Shown here: piece by piece, positions 18,704-26,809 of the stretch
How the letters are laid out: each line of letters begins with the position of its first letter
Numbering within the stretch: the stretch's first letter is position 1
Assembly (NCBI RefSeq): GCF_900167395.1
Contig: NZ_FUWK01000032.1
Coordinates: 1 to 32,000 of the forward strand
Length of the DNA: 32,000 nt
Direction of reading: 5' to 3'
From: Nitrosomonas europaea
GTDB taxonomy: Bacteria; Pseudomonadota; Gammaproteobacteria; Burkholderiales; Nitrosomonadaceae
The notes under the pieces: model-generated
Told to the model about the DNA's origin: nothing
Database searches by the model: none
What the model saw: the letters and a program-made list of their open reading frames with translations, nothing else
Made by a program: the position numbers and the translations under genes

Positions 18704-19321
18704 TCAAAAAAAGCTTTCAGGAATAACCAGCACATCGCCCTGGTAAACCGGAACATTGGCGGAGATATCACCATCCCGAATCAGGTCTTCCAGTCTGACC
18801 CGGAATTGCTGCTGTTCACCATCGACATTCCGAATAATTCTTGCTCTGTTTCCTGCTGCAAAATCAGTCAACCCTCCCACCGCAATCATGACATCCATCA
18901 ATGACATGTTTTCCCGGTAAGGTAATGCCTGTGGTTGCGCTGCCTCGCCGATCACCCGGATCTGCTCACTGAACGGTCCGACGAAACCAGTTATAACGAC
19001 GGTGACTACCGGCTGCTGTAAATATTTAGAAAGAGTCTCTTCGATATTACGTGCCAGTTCGGTTGAAGTCTTTCCACTTGCCGGCAAATCCTCTACGAGT
19101 GGTGTAGTAATCTTCCCGTCCGGACGCACCGGCACACTCATGGATATTTCCGGATTGCGCCAAACGATGATATTTAATGTGTCACCCGGTCCGATCAGAT
19201 AATCATGCGGCACCTGTTCACCTTGAGTAGAAAGTAATGGATAAGTCGTGCAACCACCGAGTGCAAGCAGATAAAAAATGACTGATAGACTGACTATCCA
19301 GGCTTTAATGGAAATATTCAC
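18704..19321 (-). CDS. Polysaccharide export lipoprotein (Wza/Poly_export plus SLBB), PEP-CTERM system-associated
   Basis: 205-aa ORF with a GTG start. The lipobox is LLALGGC. The Poly_export motif is IGPGDTLNIIVW and the SLBB-like segment is LMDVMIAVGGLT. It is the first gene of the operon. Confidence 0.85.
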   Translation of the reverse strand: MNISIKAWIVSLSVIFYLLALGGCTTYPLLSTQGEQVPHDYLIGPGDTLNIIVWRNPEISMSVPVRPDGKITTPLVEDLPASGKTSTELARNIEETLSKYLQQPVVTVVITGFVGPFSEQIRVIGEAAQPQALPYRENMSLMDVMIAVGGLTDFAAGNRARIIRNVDGEQQQFRVRLEDLIRDGDISANVPVYQGDVLVIPESFF

Positions 19322-19718
19322 TCGAAACCCTCAATAAAAAACAAATATGTCTCTAACCCCGGTTCTCACTACAATAACTACAGCTGCATATATTACTATT
19401 ACTCGCCTGCAAACCGAGTGTTAACTTATGTTTATCTATCAGTTCAGCAGCGTTCCGTAAAAATAACCGGAGCCGTAACGAAAAATCTGCTTGTGACAAC
19501 GGAACAACTTATTACACTTTTAAATAGCGGGATATGACTAATATCACTTTTTTTCACCCGGATATGGCACCAGATAAACATAACTCCGCTACCCATCAGA
19601 AATATTACGATTGAACCATATCGATAAATCAACCATCTAATATTTTTTAACACGACAGGCATTTTGGGAGTTATACAGTACACATTTACAACAGTGACCG
19701 ACTGATCCAGGATTGCTG

Positions 19719-19898
19719 CTAGTGTTTCCCTTCTCCGGCATGACATCGATGAGGTCTTGAACCAAACGATGTAAATTCTACTCTGAGCACTTCTCCACCC
19801 ACTTTCTTGGCCATTTCTCGAAATTCGGTAACATGTATCTCGGCCGGAACAATAAAAACTTGAACTTCCCCCGACTTATAATGAACTGTAATTTTCAT
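19719..19898 (-). CDS. Hypothetical small protein (59 aa), below the ORF-track length cutoff
   Basis: My own translation is MKITVHYKSGEVQVFIVPAEIHVTEFREMAKKVGGEVLRVEFTSFGSRPHRCHAGEGKH*. The ATG at 19898 follows a G7 run (minus strand) after one nt; that run could act as a purine-rich RBS. It has the same orientation as the EPS operon and I recognised no family. Coding status is uncertain. Confidence 0.25.
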   Translation of the reverse strand: MKITVHYKSGEVQVFIVPAEIHVTEFREMAKKVGGEVLRVEFTSFGSRPHRCHAGEGKH

Positions 19899-19899
19899 A

Positions 19900-19906
19900 C
19901 CCCCCC
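19900..19906. repeat. Homopolymeric C7/G7 tract
   Basis: The sequence ccccccc is read directly at 19900-19906, separated by one nt from the start codon of the 59-aa ORF on the minus strand. Confidence 0.9.
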
Positions 19907-19981
19907 GATGATAAGTTCATATCCGCTCAGACAAACGACTCTACCCGCTTGATGGAATGCTTCACTTCTTCAGCGCCGGTA

Positions 19982-20007
19982 TTTGCCTTTTACATTTTTG
20001 CCTTTTA
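19982..20007 (+). repeat. Two copies of the 11-mer TTTGCCTTTTA with 15-nt periodicity, followed by TATAAT
   Basis: TTTGCCTTTTA occurs at 19982-19992 and again at 19997-20007. TATAAT lies at 20009-20014, about 135 nt upstream of the ettA ATG. This may be an operator plus -10 element for ettA or for the divergent region. Confidence 0.6.
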
Positions 20008-20148
20008 ATATAATTAGATGTAAATCGTCTGCTCTGCCATACTGGCTGCCGGCTTTAAACTGTAGCTTTTTCTTATTAAATCCCGGCAGAAATTCCCCAG
20101 ATTCTAGATTGTTCAGATCAATTCAAATTCAGGATTAATAAAGCATTT

Positions 20149-21816
20149 ATGGCCCAATACGTTTTAATTATGAATCGCGTCGGCAAAATCGTTCCTCCCA
20201 AACGCGTCATTCTCAAAGATATCTCGCTGAGTTTCTTTCCAGGAGCAAAAATCGGCCTGCTCGGCCTGAATGGTTCTGGTAAATCTACCCTGTTAAAAAT
20301 CATGGCCGGCGTGGATAAAGATTTTGAAGGGGAATGTACACCCATGCCAGATCTCAAGATTGGCTACCTGCCGCAGGAACCGCAACTGGATCCCAAACTT
20401 ACCGTGCGCGAAACAGTTCAGGAAGGGCTGGGAGACGTGTTCAACGCACAACAACAACTGGAAGCGGTTTATGCAGCCTATGCCGAACCAGATGCTGATT
20501 TCGAAGTACTGGCAGCCGAACAGTCACGACTGGAAGCAATACTAACGACACAAAATGGGGATAATTTATCCCAACAGATGGAGATAGCCGCTGATGCACT
20601 GCGCCTCCCGGAATGGGATGCTCATATCGAGCACCTTTCAGGAGGAGAAAAACGTCGCGTTGCACTCTGCAGACTGCTTCTATCCAAGCCGGACATGCTG
20701 CTTTTGGATGAGCCTACCAACCATCTGGATGCGGAATCAGTCGAATGGCTCGAGCAGTTTCTTGCACGTTTCCCCGGCACAGTAGTAGCCGTTACACACG
20801 ACCGGTATTTCCTGGATAACGCAGCAGAATGGATACTGGAGCTGGATCGCGGCCACGGTATCCCCTGGAAAGGAAACTATTCAAGCTGGCTGGAACAGAA
20901 AGAAACACGCCTGAAACAGGAAGAAAGTGCAGAATCCGCCCGCCAGAAATCACTCAAACAAGAGCTGGAATGGGTACGGCAAAATCCCAAAGGCAGGCAA
21001 GCGAAATCCAAGGCCCGCCTGGCCCGGTTTGAAGAACTCAGTTCCCAGGAATACCAGAAACGCAACGAAACACAAGAGATCTTCATTCCCGTCGCAGACA
21101 GACTGGGAAATGAAGTCATTGAATTTATCAATGTCTCCAAGGGATTTGGAGATCGCCTGCTGATTGACAATCTGAATTTCAGAATACCGCCTGGTGCAAT
21201 CGTTGGAATCATCGGCCCCAATGGTGCCGGAAAATCCACCCTATTCCGCATGATTACGGGAAAAGAACAGCCGGATACAGGTGAGATCAAAATAGGTGAA
21301 ACAGTCAAAATCGCCCATGTGGATCAGTCACGTGATGCTCTGTCCGATAGTCAGACCGTATTCCAGGCCATCTCGGGCGGAAACGACATGCTCATCGTCG
21401 GAAAATATGAAGTACCTGCACGCGCCTACCTTGGCCGCTTCAATTTCAAAGGTCCTGACCAGCAGAAAATTACCGGGACACTTTCCGGTGGTGAACGAGG
21501 CCGGCTGCACCTTGCCAAAACACTGATAGCGGGAGGTAACGTATTGCTGCTGGACGAACCTTCCAATGACCTGGATGTAGAAACATTGAGAGCACTGGAA
21601 AATGCCTTGCTGGAATTTGCCGGTTGTGTGCTGGTGATTTCTCATGATCGCTGGTTCCTGGATCGCATTGCCACCCATATCCTGGCCTTTGAAGGCAATT
21701 CACAAGTCACGTTTTTTACAGGCAACTACCAGGAATACGAAGCCGATAAACGCCAACGCCTTGGAGAAGAAGCGGCCAAACCCAAACGAATTCGCTACAA
21801 ACCGATTACACGTTGA
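20149..21816 (+). CDS. ettA: Energy-dependent translational throttle protein EttA (ABC-F ATPase)
   Basis: 555 aa, nearly collinear with E. coli EttA as I recall it ([40 protein letters not shown]). It has two ABC cassettes ([17 protein letters not shown] and [17 protein letters not shown]) and the PtIM-like linker ARLARFEEL. Confidence 0.95.
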   Translation: MAQYVLIMNRVGKIVPPKRVILKDISLSFFPGAKIGLLGLNGSGKSTLLKIMAGVDKDFEGECTPMPDLKIGYLPQEPQLDPKLTVRETVQEGLGDVFNAQQQLEAVYAAYAEPDADFEVLAAEQSRLEAILTTQNGDNLSQQMEIAADALRLPEWDAHIEHLSGGEKRRVALCRLLLSKPDMLLLDEPTNHLDAESVEWLEQFLARFPGTVVAVTHDRYFLDNAAEWILELDRGHGIPWKGNYSSWLEQKETRLKQEESAESARQKSLKQELEWVRQNPKGRQAKSKARLARFEELSSQEYQKRNETQEIFIPVADRLGNEVIEFINVSKGFGDRLLIDNLNFRIPPGAIVGIIGPNGAGKSTLFRMITGKEQPDTGEIKIGETVKIAHVDQSRDALSDSQTVFQAISGGNDMLIVGKYEVPARAYLGRFNFKGPDQQKITGTLSGGERGRLHLAKTLIAGGNVLLLDEPSNDLDVETLRALENALLEFAGCVLVISHDRWFLDRIATHILAFEGNSQVTFFTGNYQEYEADKRQRLGEEAAKPKRIRYKPITR

Positions 21817-21883
21817 CCAGTCGCTTGCGCTCAGCAATTCCATAAAAACTCAACCTTTACTGTAATTTACTGTATACTTACCG

Positions 21884-21916
21884 CCCTGCCTCTATCAAGT
21901 CAAGGCAGGGTTTCAG
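21884..21916 (+). terminator. Probable intrinsic terminator of ettA
   Basis: CCCTGCCT (21884-21891) and AGGCAGGG (21903-21910) form an 8-bp GC-rich stem with an 11-nt loop. The stem is followed by TTTCAGGTTT, a short interrupted T-tract. Confidence 0.5.
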
Positions 21917-22077
21917 GTTTCATCGTTTCTGACCTCTCCAGATTTTTCTTCTCGAAATTGTGCAGTATCCCTGGTTAGCAGCGATGTTTTATAGATATGC
22001 GCCAGCGGTACCAGCATTGTTTGCTGCGGTATATTCCTGTTCGCGCATTAAATTTCTTCATTATCAGGAAAACCAAA

Positions 22078-23451
22078 GTGTCATTTGAAAATTTGAATCT
22101 GCATCCCGCAATCGTAAAAGCCGTACTGGCAGCGGGTTATACTGCCCCCACCCCCATTCAGCAGCAAGCCATTCCGGATCTGATCGCAGGCCATGATGTC
22201 ATGGCAAGTGCACAGACCGGAACCGGCAAAACAGCCGCCTTCATGCTGCCGGCATTGCATCGTCTGGCCACACCCGCACAAATTCGCGGACGTGGCCCGC
22301 GCATACTGGTTCTGACACCAACACGTGAACTGGCTCTGCAGGTTTCCGATGCTGCCAGCAAATATGGAAAATTCCTGCCACGTATCAATGTCGTCAGTAT
22401 TCTGGGCGGTATGCCCTACCCCCTGCAAAATAAACTCCTGTCACAAACCGTCGATGTACTGGTCGCCACACCCGGGCGTTTGATCGATCACATCGAACGC
22501 GGGCGGATAGATTTTTCGCGGCTGGAAATGCTGGTACTGGACGAAGCAGATCGCATGCTGGATATGGGGTTCATCCAGGATGTCGAGCGCATCGCTCTCT
22601 CGACACCCGCAACCAGGCAAACGCTGCTGTTCTCGGCAACGCTGGACGTTGCAATCGAGAAAATCGCCACACGTCTGCTGAAAGCACCGAAACGCATTCA
22701 GGTGGCTGCTCAGCATACCAAACTCGATCACATCGAACAGCGTATGCATTATGTAGATGATCTCACGCACAAAAACAGGTTACTGGACCATCTGCTGCGT
22801 GACACCACCATCAAACAGGCAATCGTATTTACTGCAACGAAACGTGATGCCGATTCCCTCGCAGATAATCTTTCTTCCCAGGGACACAAGGCTGCCGCCA
22901 TGCACGGAGACATGACGCAGCGTGAACGTACACGCACTCTGACCGGCCTGCGTCAGGGCCGGCTCAAGATTCTGGTGGCTACGGATGTCGCCGCACGCGG
23001 AATCGATATTGCCGACATTACCCATGTCATCAATTTCGATTTGCCAAAGTTTGCAGAAGACTATGTGCATCGGATCGGGCGGACCGGCCGGGCTGGCGCT
23101 TCCGGTATCGCAGTTTCGTTCGCATCCGGGAAAGATGTTGCTCATCTGAAGAGAATCGAACGGTTTACCGGCAATCGCTTTGAATTTCATGTCATACCCG
23201 GTATAGAACCACGTACCAAACCAAGATTTGGTCGTAGTGACGACAAACCAGGAAGAAGACCATCTTCCTCTGCTGCTGCACACAAAACCAGACGTTCATG
23301 GTCGGACAATCCCAATACACGCACGGCTTCCCCAGGTCACCGAGGAGACAAAGATGCTGGGTTCGGGCAACCATTTGGTCGTGAAACCCGTAAACGTCCG
23401 TTCAGGGACAGCAAATTCAACAGCGCCGATCGTTTTGCCCGCACGGAGTAA
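22078..23451 (+). CDS. rhlE: ATP-dependent DEAD-box RNA helicase, RhlE-like
   Basis: Motifs present: Q (GYTAPTPIQ), I (AQTGTGKT), II (DEAD), III (SAT), VI (HRIGRTGR), plus a basic low-complexity C-terminal tail. I prefer the GTG at 22078 (VSFENLNLHPAIVKAV, matching the usual MSFE-LGL N-terminus, with AGGA 8 nt upstream) over the ORF-track ATG at 21997. Confidence 0.9.
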   Translation: MSFENLNLHPAIVKAVLAAGYTAPTPIQQQAIPDLIAGHDVMASAQTGTGKTAAFMLPALHRLATPAQIRGRGPRILVLTPTRELALQVSDAASKYGKFLPRINVVSILGGMPYPLQNKLLSQTVDVLVATPGRLIDHIERGRIDFSRLEMLVLDEADRMLDMGFIQDVERIALSTPATRQTLLFSATLDVAIEKIATRLLKAPKRIQVAAQHTKLDHIEQRMHYVDDLTHKNRLLDHLLRDTTIKQAIVFTATKRDADSLADNLSSQGHKAAAMHGDMTQRERTRTLTGLRQGRLKILVATDVAARGIDIADITHVINFDLPKFAEDYVHRIGRTGRAGASGIAVSFASGKDVAHLKRIERFTGNRFEFHVIPGIEPRTKPRFGRSDDKPGRRPSSSAAAHKTRRSWSDNPNTRTASPGHRGDKDAGFGQPFGRETRKRPFRDSKFNSADRFARTE

Positions 23452-23461
23452 AACTGGATCT

Positions 23462-23493
23462 CCCGGGTATTGATTGTCACGTCGATACCCGGG
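23462..23493. terminator. Perfect 9-bp hairpin between convergent rhlE and radA (possible bidirectional terminator)
   Basis: CCCGGGTAT (23462-23470) pairs with ATACCCGGG (23485-23493) across a 14-nt loop. The flanking T-tracts are weak on both strands. Confidence 0.4.
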
Positions 23494-23604
23494 TCATTTA
23501 GCTCGCTGCGTAACTCACCACATGATTTATGTCGCTTTCTCCCGCCTGACAACCCACATACTGGCATTCATGCCGGAAAAATCTGCACATGATCTGTTCA
23601 GAAC

Positions 23605-24954
23605 TCAGAAAAGTGCGCTGACAGCTTCTTCTACTCGCTCCACAGCGATGATTTCGATTCCTTTGACAGCTTGCCTGGATTGATTGGCCTTTGGAATCAC
23701 CGCACAGGTAAAACCCAGTTTGGCAGCTTCTTTAATCCGCTCCTGTCCTCGCTGTACCGGCCGTACTTCACCTGCCAGTCCAATTTCTCCAAATATGACT
23801 GTTTTTTCAGGCAGAACCCGATTCTTCAATGACGAAACGATCGCCAGCATTACCGCCAGATCAGCTCCTGGCTCAGTAATTTTGACCCCCCCGACCGCAT
23901 TGATGAAAATATCCTGATCGAAACAGGGGATACCGGCATGACGATGCAACACCGCCAACAACATTGCCAACCGGTTCTGTTCCAGTCCAACACACAATCT
24001 TCTGGGGCTGGGTGCATGTGCCTCATCCACCAGTGCCTGGATTTCCACCAGCAGAGGACGTGTGCCCTCTTGCGTTACCATCACACAAGTACCCGCTACA
24101 CGCACACTATGGTGAGAAAGAAACAACGCTGAAGGATTTCCCACTTCCCGCAATCCTTTTTCAGTCATGGCAAAGACACCCAGCTCGTTAACTGCCCCAA
24201 AACGGTTTTTGAAAGCACGAATCAAACGAAATGTTGAATGCGTATCTCCTTCAAAATAGAGCACCGTATCCACCATGTGCTCCAGAACACGCGGCCCGGC
24301 CAATGCACCATCCTTGGTTACATGCCCTACCAGTACGATACAGGTACCACTGGTTTTAGCGAATCGGGTCAATCGTGCTGCACATTCACGCACCTGAGCC
24401 ACCGAACCGGGTGCAGACTGTAATGTTTCGGAATAAATTGTCTGAATCGAATCGATAATTGCGATACGCGGACGATGCTCAGCCAGAATCGATTGGATCG
24501 CCTCCAGCCGGATCTCGGTCAACAAATCAACCCTGGCCACATCCAGAGACAGCCGCCTTGCACGCAACGCTACCTGCTGCATGGATTCTTCACCGCTGAC
24601 GTACAACACCCGATGATGAACAGACATTCGGGACAATGCCTGTAGCAACAACGTCGATTTACCTATACCCGGATCGCCACCTAATAACACAACCCCGCCT
24701 TGTACCAGCCCCCCTCCCAGCACCCTGTCAAACTCATCCATTCCCGTCAGGAAACGAGGCATATCCTCAGTCTCGACCTCGCTCAAACTCAACACCTGCT
24801 TCTGCATCGAATCTGGCGAAAAACGCAGTACATTCTTCTCTTGTACAGTCTCAGTCAGCGTATTCCATTCACGGCAATGCGGGCACTGACCCTGCCATTT
24901 CAAAGTCTGTCCGCCACAAGAATTGCAAACGTAAAGTGTCTTGAGCCTGGTCAT
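23605..24954 (-). CDS. radA: DNA repair protein RadA (Sms)
   Basis: 449 aa. Has the N-terminal zinc finger CNSCGGQTLKWQGQCPHC, Walker A GDPGIGKST, the RadA-specific KNRFG motif (FKNRFGAVNELGVF) and a Lon-protease-like C-terminal domain. Confidence 0.95.
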   Translation of the reverse strand: MTRLKTLYVCNSCGGQTLKWQGQCPHCREWNTLTETVQEKNVLRFSPDSMQKQVLSLSEVETEDMPRFLTGMDEFDRVLGGGLVQGGVVLLGGDPGIGKSTLLLQALSRMSVHHRVLYVSGEESMQQVALRARRLSLDVARVDLLTEIRLEAIQSILAEHRPRIAIIDSIQTIYSETLQSAPGSVAQVRECAARLTRFAKTSGTCIVLVGHVTKDGALAGPRVLEHMVDTVLYFEGDTHSTFRLIRAFKNRFGAVNELGVFAMTEKGLREVGNPSALFLSHHSVRVAGTCVMVTQEGTRPLLVEIQALVDEAHAPSPRRLCVGLEQNRLAMLLAVLHRHAGIPCFDQDIFINAVGGVKITEPGADLAVMLAIVSSLKNRVLPEKTVIFGEIGLAGEVRPVQRGQERIKEAAKLGFTCAVIPKANQSRQAVKGIEIIAVERVEEAVSALF

Positions 24955-25127
24955 GAACAGATCACATAACTGGAATTTTCGGATAGATGACAGTAAAGCC
25001 CGCTATTACGACCAGCGCGCTCTTGCCAGATAGAACAGTAATACAAGTGATAACCCTTTACGCAAAGCAGCTCGACGATAAACAGGCTGAAAAACTGATA
25101 AAATAGCACCCGTTGTTCGCCGCAAAC

Positions 25128-25221
25128 CGGAGAGGTACCGAAGTGGCCATAACGGCGCTGACTCGAAATCAGATGGTCAGGATTTCCTGGCACGTGGGTT
25201 CGAATCCCACCCTCTCCGCCA
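25128..25221 (+). tRNA. tRNA-Ser (anticodon CGA), class II with long variable arm, CCA encoded
   Basis: Cloverleaf folded by hand:
- Acceptor stem: GGAGAGG pairs with CCTCTCC, then discriminator G and CCA.
- Anticodon arm: GCTGA, loop CT-CGA-AA, TCAGA. Four Watson-Crick pairs plus one terminal mismatch.
- Variable arm: GTCAGG-ATTT-CCTGGC.
- T arm: GTGGG-TTCGAAT-CCCAC. Confidence 0.9.
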
Positions 25222-25459
25222 AATGCCAAGTATATATCAAACATTTTCCACCCTCGCCAGATAGCCCTGAGTAACCACATCCTCCAGCAGCAAAGCAGAA
25301 TAAAACCAGAATAGGTTTATACCCTTTTACTTCTTACCCTACTTCCCCGTAATAAAACTGACTGATCCACTCATTGCAACCAGAGAACCCGAAAGCTGTA
25401 TCACAGCAGCTGTGCTCGGTCACATTTCAGCCGGCGCATCGCGTGATATCAAGGAATGG

Positions 25460-25489
25460 CTGAAATCGGATCGTTGCCGGTGCTATAAT
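25460..25489 (+). promoter_or_regulatory. Candidate extended -10 sigma70 promoter for mcl
   Basis: CTGAAA (25460-25465), an 18-nt spacer, then TGcTATAAT (TG at 25481-25482, TATAAT at 25484-25489). It would give a leader of about 170 nt before the mcl ATG at 25668, which has a GGAGGA Shine-Dalgarno. Confidence 0.35.
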
Positions 25490-25667
25490 TTCGCAAATCC
25501 GACTGGTAATGCTGCCAAATTTTCAAAAATATCACTTCCGTGTTTCCGGTTTTACCCTTCAATTCCGCACATCTGCTGGTCTTTATGAACGACCGGGACC
25601 CTCACCGGCAGTATTCATACATCCCAGTATCCACACATAACATCATATTTAATCCGTTGGAGGAATA

Positions 25668-26618
25668 ATGAGTCATACCCTGTATGAAACCAAAACACCG
25701 CGTGTACAGCGCTGCGAACTGGCTGTTCCGGGTTCCCGTCCCGAAATGTTTGAAAAAGCGCTGAAAAGCGGAGTGGACTTCATATTTCTGGATCTGGAGG
25801 ATGCAGTCGCACCAGATGACAAGATCCAGGCAAGAAAAAATATCATTCAGGCAATCAATGATCTGGACTGGAAAAGTCACGGTGTCACGCTTTCTGTACG
25901 CATCAATGGTCTCGATACCCAATATATGGTGCGTGATGTGGTCGATCTGGTAGAGCAGGCCGGGCACAAGATCGATACGTTGCTGATTCCCAAAGTAGGT
26001 GTTTATGCTGATGTTTACATGGTCGAAGCCATGCTCAGCCAGCTTGAAATGCAGCAGGGGCTGAAAAACCGAATTGGTGTGGAAGCACTGATCGAAACGG
26101 CACTGGGGATGGCCAATGTTGAAGATATCGCCCGCAGAGGAACGGCCGGGCGTCTGGAAGCATTGCATTTCGGTGTAGCTGACTACGCTGCCAGCAATCG
26201 TGCACGTACCACCAATATCGGCGGGCTCAATCCGGATTATCCAGGGGATCAGTGGCACGCAGCCATCAGCAGAATGACCGTTGCCTGCCGCGCATTCGGC
26301 CTGCGACCAATCGATGGCCCATTTGGTGACATTCAGGATCCCGAAGGTTACAAACAGGCAGCCAGACGTGCTGCAGCACTGGGTTGTGAAGGTAAATGGG
26401 CAATTCATCCGACACAGATCGCGCTGGCCAATGAAGTCTTTACGCCGCCCACAGCAGAAGTCGACAAAGCCAAACGCATTCTGACAGCATTGAAGGAAGC
26501 TGCAGCTCAAGGTAAAGGTGCAGCCTCACTTGATGGCCGCCTGATCGATGCCGCTTCGGAAAGAATGGCAAATAACATCGTCAAAATGGCGGAAGCAATT
26601 GCTGCCAAAAGCAAATAA
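25668..26618 (+). CDS. mcl: L-malyl-CoA/beta-methylmalyl-CoA lyase (HpcH/CitE-like)
   Basis: 316 aa. There are long stretches matching Methylobacterium MclA as I recall it: ELAVPGS-P-, FLDLEDAVAPDDK-QARKNIIQA-NDLDW, RINGLDT-YM-RDVVD, LIETALGMANVE, FGVADYAAS-RAR, GLRPIDGPFGD, GKWAIHP-QI-LANEVFTP. Confidence 0.85.
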   Translation: MSHTLYETKTPRVQRCELAVPGSRPEMFEKALKSGVDFIFLDLEDAVAPDDKIQARKNIIQAINDLDWKSHGVTLSVRINGLDTQYMVRDVVDLVEQAGHKIDTLLIPKVGVYADVYMVEAMLSQLEMQQGLKNRIGVEALIETALGMANVEDIARRGTAGRLEALHFGVADYAASNRARTTNIGGLNPDYPGDQWHAAISRMTVACRAFGLRPIDGPFGDIQDPEGYKQAARRAAALGCEGKWAIHPTQIALANEVFTPPTAEVDKAKRILTALKEAAAQGKGAASLDGRLIDAASERMANNIVKMAEAIAAKSK

Positions 26619-26693
26619 ACAAGTATCCGGGAAAACGCTGAGAAATTATTGCACACCCAGCCATCTCGCGTTGGAATCAGGTACAAAATGCTC

Positions 26694-26720
26694 GTTTACT
26701 CTGCGTAAACCAAGTTTTTT
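26694..26720 (+). terminator. Weak hairpin plus T6 between mcl and mtkA (possible attenuator or partial terminator)
   Basis: GTTTAC (26694-26699) pairs with GTAAAC (26705-26710) across a 5-nt loop, followed by caag and TTTTTT (26715-26720). The stem is AT-rich, so it is predicted to be weak. Confidence 0.3.
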
Positions 26721-26809
26721 GCCTGATTTCATCCTGACTGGCTAATTGATCACACCTTTCCAGAATTTTTTCAAATCCAACAATTCCATCAAATTCAAGG
26801 GAGAAGATA

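Noticed and set aside
19565-19580. TGGCAC hexamer considered as a sigma54 -24 element for the EPS region
   Set aside because: It is on the plus strand, pointing away from the EPS operon, and it lacks the TTGC -12 element at the correct spacing (AAACA instead).
21997-22077. 27-codon N-terminal extension of rhlE in the ORF track (MRQRYQHCLLRYIPVRALNFFIIRKTK)
   Set aside because: DEAD-box RhlE proteins normally begin MSFE-L-L. A GTG at 22078 with an upstream AGGA reproduces that N-terminus, and the extension looks non-coding.
23540-23580. Short hairpin GGCAT-tc-ATGCC followed by AAAAA near the radA 3-prime end, considered as a terminator
   Set aside because: The A-run follows the stem on the plus strand and the T-run precedes it on the minus strand. 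That is the wrong geometry for an intrinsic terminator of either convergent gene.
25025-25264. 9-nt direct repeat GCCAGATAG on both sides of tRNA-Ser (25025-25033 and 25256-25264), considered as att-like island borders
   Set aside because: The repeat is short and does not include the tRNA 3-prime end. It encloses only the tRNA itself, and there is no integrase or accessory cargo nearby. It is most likely chance.
24951-25280. 109-aa minus-strand ORF
   Set aside because: It runs straight through the tRNA-Ser gene (25128-25221), so it is spurious.
25602-26510. 302-aa ORF on the minus strand
   Set aside because: It is antisense to mcl, a strong malyl-CoA lyase match. It is Cys-rich with an implausible composition, so it is a shadow ORF.
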